From: Octopus sinensis
Lineage: Eukaryota
Assembly (NCBI RefSeq): GCF_006345805.1
Contig: NC_043006.1
Location: 79,608,001 to 79,672,000, forward strand
DNA: 64,000 nucleotides
Direction: 5' to 3'
Shown: one piece after another, positions 63,541-64,000 of the stretch
Position numbering within the stretch: position 1 is the first letter of the stretch
Layout of the letters: each line of letters starts with the position of its first letter
Made by a program: the position numbers and the translations under genes
Notes under the pieces: generated by a model
Database searches by the model: none
Told to the model about the DNA's origin: nothing
Seen by the model: only the letters and a program-made list of their open reading frames with translations

Positions 63541-63945
63541 CTTACTTGTACTTGTACTTGTGGCGACATTCACCCTGGGTGGGTTGAGTCGGCTTCTTCT
63601 AGCACCCTCGAGGCATTTCGAACCATGGCAGCCCACCGCACGACGGTCCTGCGCCAGTTCACTGGAGATAGCGAGCCAGTCACAGTTCCATCAGCGCAGG
63701 CCGACCACCTGCGGTCCCATGAGCACGGAGAGGTCCTCCTTGATCGTCGTAACCCAGGTCTTCAGCTGCCCGCCCGCACGTTTCCGCCAGTTGGGAGAAG
63801 GACATCACGGCTCAGTTCACCCACAGGACGCCTACATGCATGTTTACCCCTTTCACAGGTAACCTCCACAATTAGAGTTTGGCACTTCTTTATGCAGCCG
63901 TCCTCGTCCACATGCATTACATGACCAAACCAGCACACTCTAATT
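63541..63945 (-). mobile_element. Chimeric RTE fragment: host-type RTE (63945-63846) joined to a GC-rich RTE 3' end with (CAAGTA)3 tail (63845-63541)
   Basis: WFGHVMHVDEDGCIKKCQTLIVEVTCERG switches to HACRRPVGELSRDVLL..WRKRAGGQLKTWVTTIKEDL..ELAQDRR..EEADSTHPG*, then the caagta repeat. Confidence 0.8.
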
Positions 63946-64000
63946 TTATGTGTGTGTGTTTGTTTGTATAGCCCCAAGACTGTGCTTACCACTGTTATGT

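Overview
AT-rich, repeat-dense animal genomic DNA, most likely a cephalopod (Octopus). That assignment is inferred from recognisable tRNA/CORE-type SINEs, RTE tails and microsatellite load, and has not been database-checked. The only host gene I can support is importin-5 (IPO5/karyopherin beta-3) on the minus strand. I found its first three coding exons: 44020-43940, 14686-14606 and 12349-12157. They splice in frame to MADDQTQFETLLGNLLSVDKDIRTHSE|ATYGNIPAPNKMTFLIGVLQNTSASVP|NRSLAAVLLRKLFTSKFDDAW...AELARNML. Intron 1 is 29,253 nt, intron 2 is 2,256 nt, and intron 3 runs off the window start. The rest is transposon-derived or simple-repeat sequence: RTE, RTEX and CR1/Jockey-like LINEs, a Penelope-like element, Tc1/mariner relics, MITEs, several SINE families, and mini- and microsatellites. 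Nearly all ORFs in the supplied track are repeat artefacts. The most notable observations are (i) a type I hammerhead ribozyme fold in an inverted Penelope terminal repeat (49127-49199), (ii) an ~820-bp foldback palindrome with a 7-nt loop (56096-56914), (iii) several long inverted repeats inside IPO5 intron 1 that could form dsRNA, (iv) a second CpG-retaining, promoter-like patch in intron 1 sharing an exact 10-mer with the IPO5 5' leader, (v) an in-frame chimera of two different RTE families, and (vi) RTE 3' UTRs that seed minisatellites of different unit lengths. I see no firm evidence of a wholly new multi-gene system.
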